NCBI GenBank assembly: GCA_944383895.1
Contig: CALWRH010000001.1
Coordinates: 121,199 to 185,198, forward strand
DNA length: 64,000 nt
Origin: an uncultured Christensenellaceae bacterium
Lineage (GTDB): Bacteria; Bacillota; Clostridia; Christensenellales; UBA3700
Reading direction: 5' to 3'
In this document: in pieces, positions 62,543-64,000 of the stretch
Position numbering within the stretch: position 1 is the first letter of the stretch
Layout of the letters: every line of letters begins with the position of its first letter
Made by a program: the position numbers and the translations under genes
The notes under the pieces: generated by a model
Database searches by the model: none
What the model saw: only the letters and a program-made list of their open reading frames with translations
What the model was told of the DNA's origin: nothing

Positions 62543-62703
62543 CCAAAAACGATATGATTTTTATTTTTCTCTGCATCGTTTTTCAGCTCTGAAAACAACG
62601 TTTCCCGTTGCGGTTTTCTGCGTAAAACAAGCATTGATCTGCATTGTTTTGCTTTACTCGGCAAGGTCAGAACTTCTGCCCCGCATATCAGTGCCGCAGA
62701 ATT

Positions 62704-64000
62704 TTACAGGTTTTCAGACATGTTCTCTGCAAAGAATTTCCTTTTCTTTTCGGCAACTTCTTCTCCTCTCGCGAGATATACGTCAAGACCTTTAGGATTG
62801 GCACAGCGTTCGAGCGCGTTTTTGGCAATATCGAGCTTTTTGGATATACCGCCAGCTCCGTTTGCTACGATAGTGGTTGTTTCTTCCATTATGTCAACGT
62901 TGTAAACGCAGTATTTACCGGGCTTTGCGTATCCTACGTTCTCGAGATTGCCGCTGATGTATTTCTGTCTGTACATATAATAAGGAGAATATCCTGCTCT
63001 TCCAACTGCATTTCTCGCATAATCGACCATATCCGACGCAAGCGTGTCCGACGCGTTGTCGTACCCTCCGACCTTGAGCACAGATCCTTTCTTCAAAGCA
63101 AGCGTATGCACGGTAATGTTTTCGGGCTGAAGAGCTATCGCGCTGTCAACGGAGCGTCTGAACATTTCGAAGTCTTCCCCCGGCAGCATAGCTATGAGAT
63201 CCATATTGATGTCAAAAGCATATTTCCTCGCGGTTTCGTATGCACTGTAAATGTCGTCAACGGTATGTCTTCTGCCTATCGCCGCAAGGGTTTCCTCATT
63301 GAACGACTGCGGATTTATAGAAATTCTCGTCACTCCCGTTTCGTCCATAATTTTCAGTTTGTTTTCAGTTATCGTATCGGGTCTTCCCGCCTCAACGGTA
63401 AACTCGCTCTGACCGAAATCGAGAAGAGAAAGTATGCTTTTGAAATCTTCGTCGGATATGCAGGTAGGAGTTCCTCCGCCCACATAAACGCTTCTTATCT
63501 TATATCCCGTTTCAGCAACAAGACGCTTGCAGTCGACAATCTCATTTCTCAAAAGATCGCAATACAAAGGCACGGACTTTTTTACTTTAGAAATCTCTGC
63601 CGAGATGAAGGAGCAGTAAACGCACCTCGTAGGACATATCGGAATATTGACAAAGACGTCAGCAACTACGTCTTTTTTGAGATAGACGTCGGACTGATTT
63701 TCCACTATCTGTTTTACCAGAGACGTCTTGCTCTCGCTGACTCTCAAGTCGTCTTTGAAAATTTTCTCGGCGTCAAGCCCTTGCGACAAAAGGTCGTGAA
63801 AAAGCTTGGTCGGTCGGATACCCGTAAGAGATCCGTAAGGGAGCGTGACGTTTGTAAGCTTTACGAGCACGTCATACAGCGCAACCTTGGAAATTCGCTT
63901 AATTTTTGCAATTTTAGCCAAATTATTTCTTGATATATCTATTTTTTGCTTTATTTCATAATACTTTTCAGGCAACAAATTGCATTTTATAATAACAGAA
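62704..64000 (-). CDS. radical SAM protein, HemN/HemZ (oxygen-independent coproporphyrinogen oxidase-like) family; probably 5'-truncated by window end
   Basis: It has the CxxxCxxC motif (CPTRCVYCSF) followed by a GGGTPT-like VGGGTPT. The ORF track starts at a TTG at 63978, but the frame stays open to base 64000. Confidence 0.75.
   Translation of the reverse strand, partial: SVIIKCNLLPEKYYEIKQKIDISRNNLAKIAKIKRISKVALYDVLVKLTNVTLPYGSLTGIRPTKLFHDLLSQGLDAEKIFKDDLRVSESKTSLVKQIVENQSDVYLKKDVVADVFVNIPICPTRCVYCSFISAEISKVKKSVPLYCDLLRNEIVDCKRLVAETGYKIRSVYVGGGTPTCISDEDFKSILSLLDFGQSEFTVEAGRPDTITENKLKIMDETGVTRISINPQSFNEETLAAIGRRHTVDDIYSAYETARKYAFDINMDLIAMLPGEDFEMFRRSVDSAIALQPENITVHTLALKKGSVLKVGGYDNASDTLASDMVDYARNAVGRAGYSPYYMYRQKYISGNLENVGYAKPGKYCVYNVDIMEETTTIVANGAGGISKKLDIAKNALERCANPKGLDVYLARGEEVAEKKRKFFAENMSENL

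Noticed and set aside
60831-63933. Plus-strand ORFs 60831..62039 (402 aa) and 62644..63933 (429 aa) antisense to pnp and the HemN/HemZ-like gene
   Set aside because: They are shadow ORFs. PNPase and the radical-SAM protein on the minus strand are unambiguous.

Overview
The window is a chromosomal segment from an endospore-forming Firmicute, probably Clostridia-like. Supporting genes are spoIIAA-spoIIAB-sigF, spoVAC-D-E, yunB, ytfJ, an IspH-S1 fusion and a T-box-controlled pheST. GC looks mid-40s percent by eye (not computed). Almost all genes are on the minus strand and most are recognisable housekeeping genes: mutS2, pheST, cmk, surE, lysA, deoB, rny, recA, pgsA, rimO, ftsK, pnp, rpsO and scpAB. 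Six tRNA genes (Pro, CAT, Asp, Phe, Thr, Tyr) form a minus-strand cluster at 18465-19046. I saw no CRISPR array, integrase, transposase, prophage or recognisable defence system. The gene models leave one region unexplained, at 17658-18431. It holds 2.5 copies of a 305-bp period built from two paralogous, hairpin-dense units of about 120-126 nt (order A-B-A-B-A). The unit ends copy the T-stem, acceptor strand and CCA end of the adjacent tRNA-Tyr, in the opposite orientation to that gene. The array starts inside the 3' end of a small Cys-rich ORF that follows an arsR-family gene, and it ends at a terminator shared with tRNA-Tyr. I do not recognise the units as any known RNA family or mobile element, so this is my top candidate for something undescribed. 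Lesser items are a Na+-decarboxylase/transcarboxylase-type operon with two carboxyltransferases and one BCCP, a receiver-less Spo0A DNA-binding-domain protein, an orphan lipoprotein, a LysR-linked redox cluster and a strongly initiated small ORF overlapping the spoVAC start. All protein calls rest on motifs and remembered homologs, because no searches were run.
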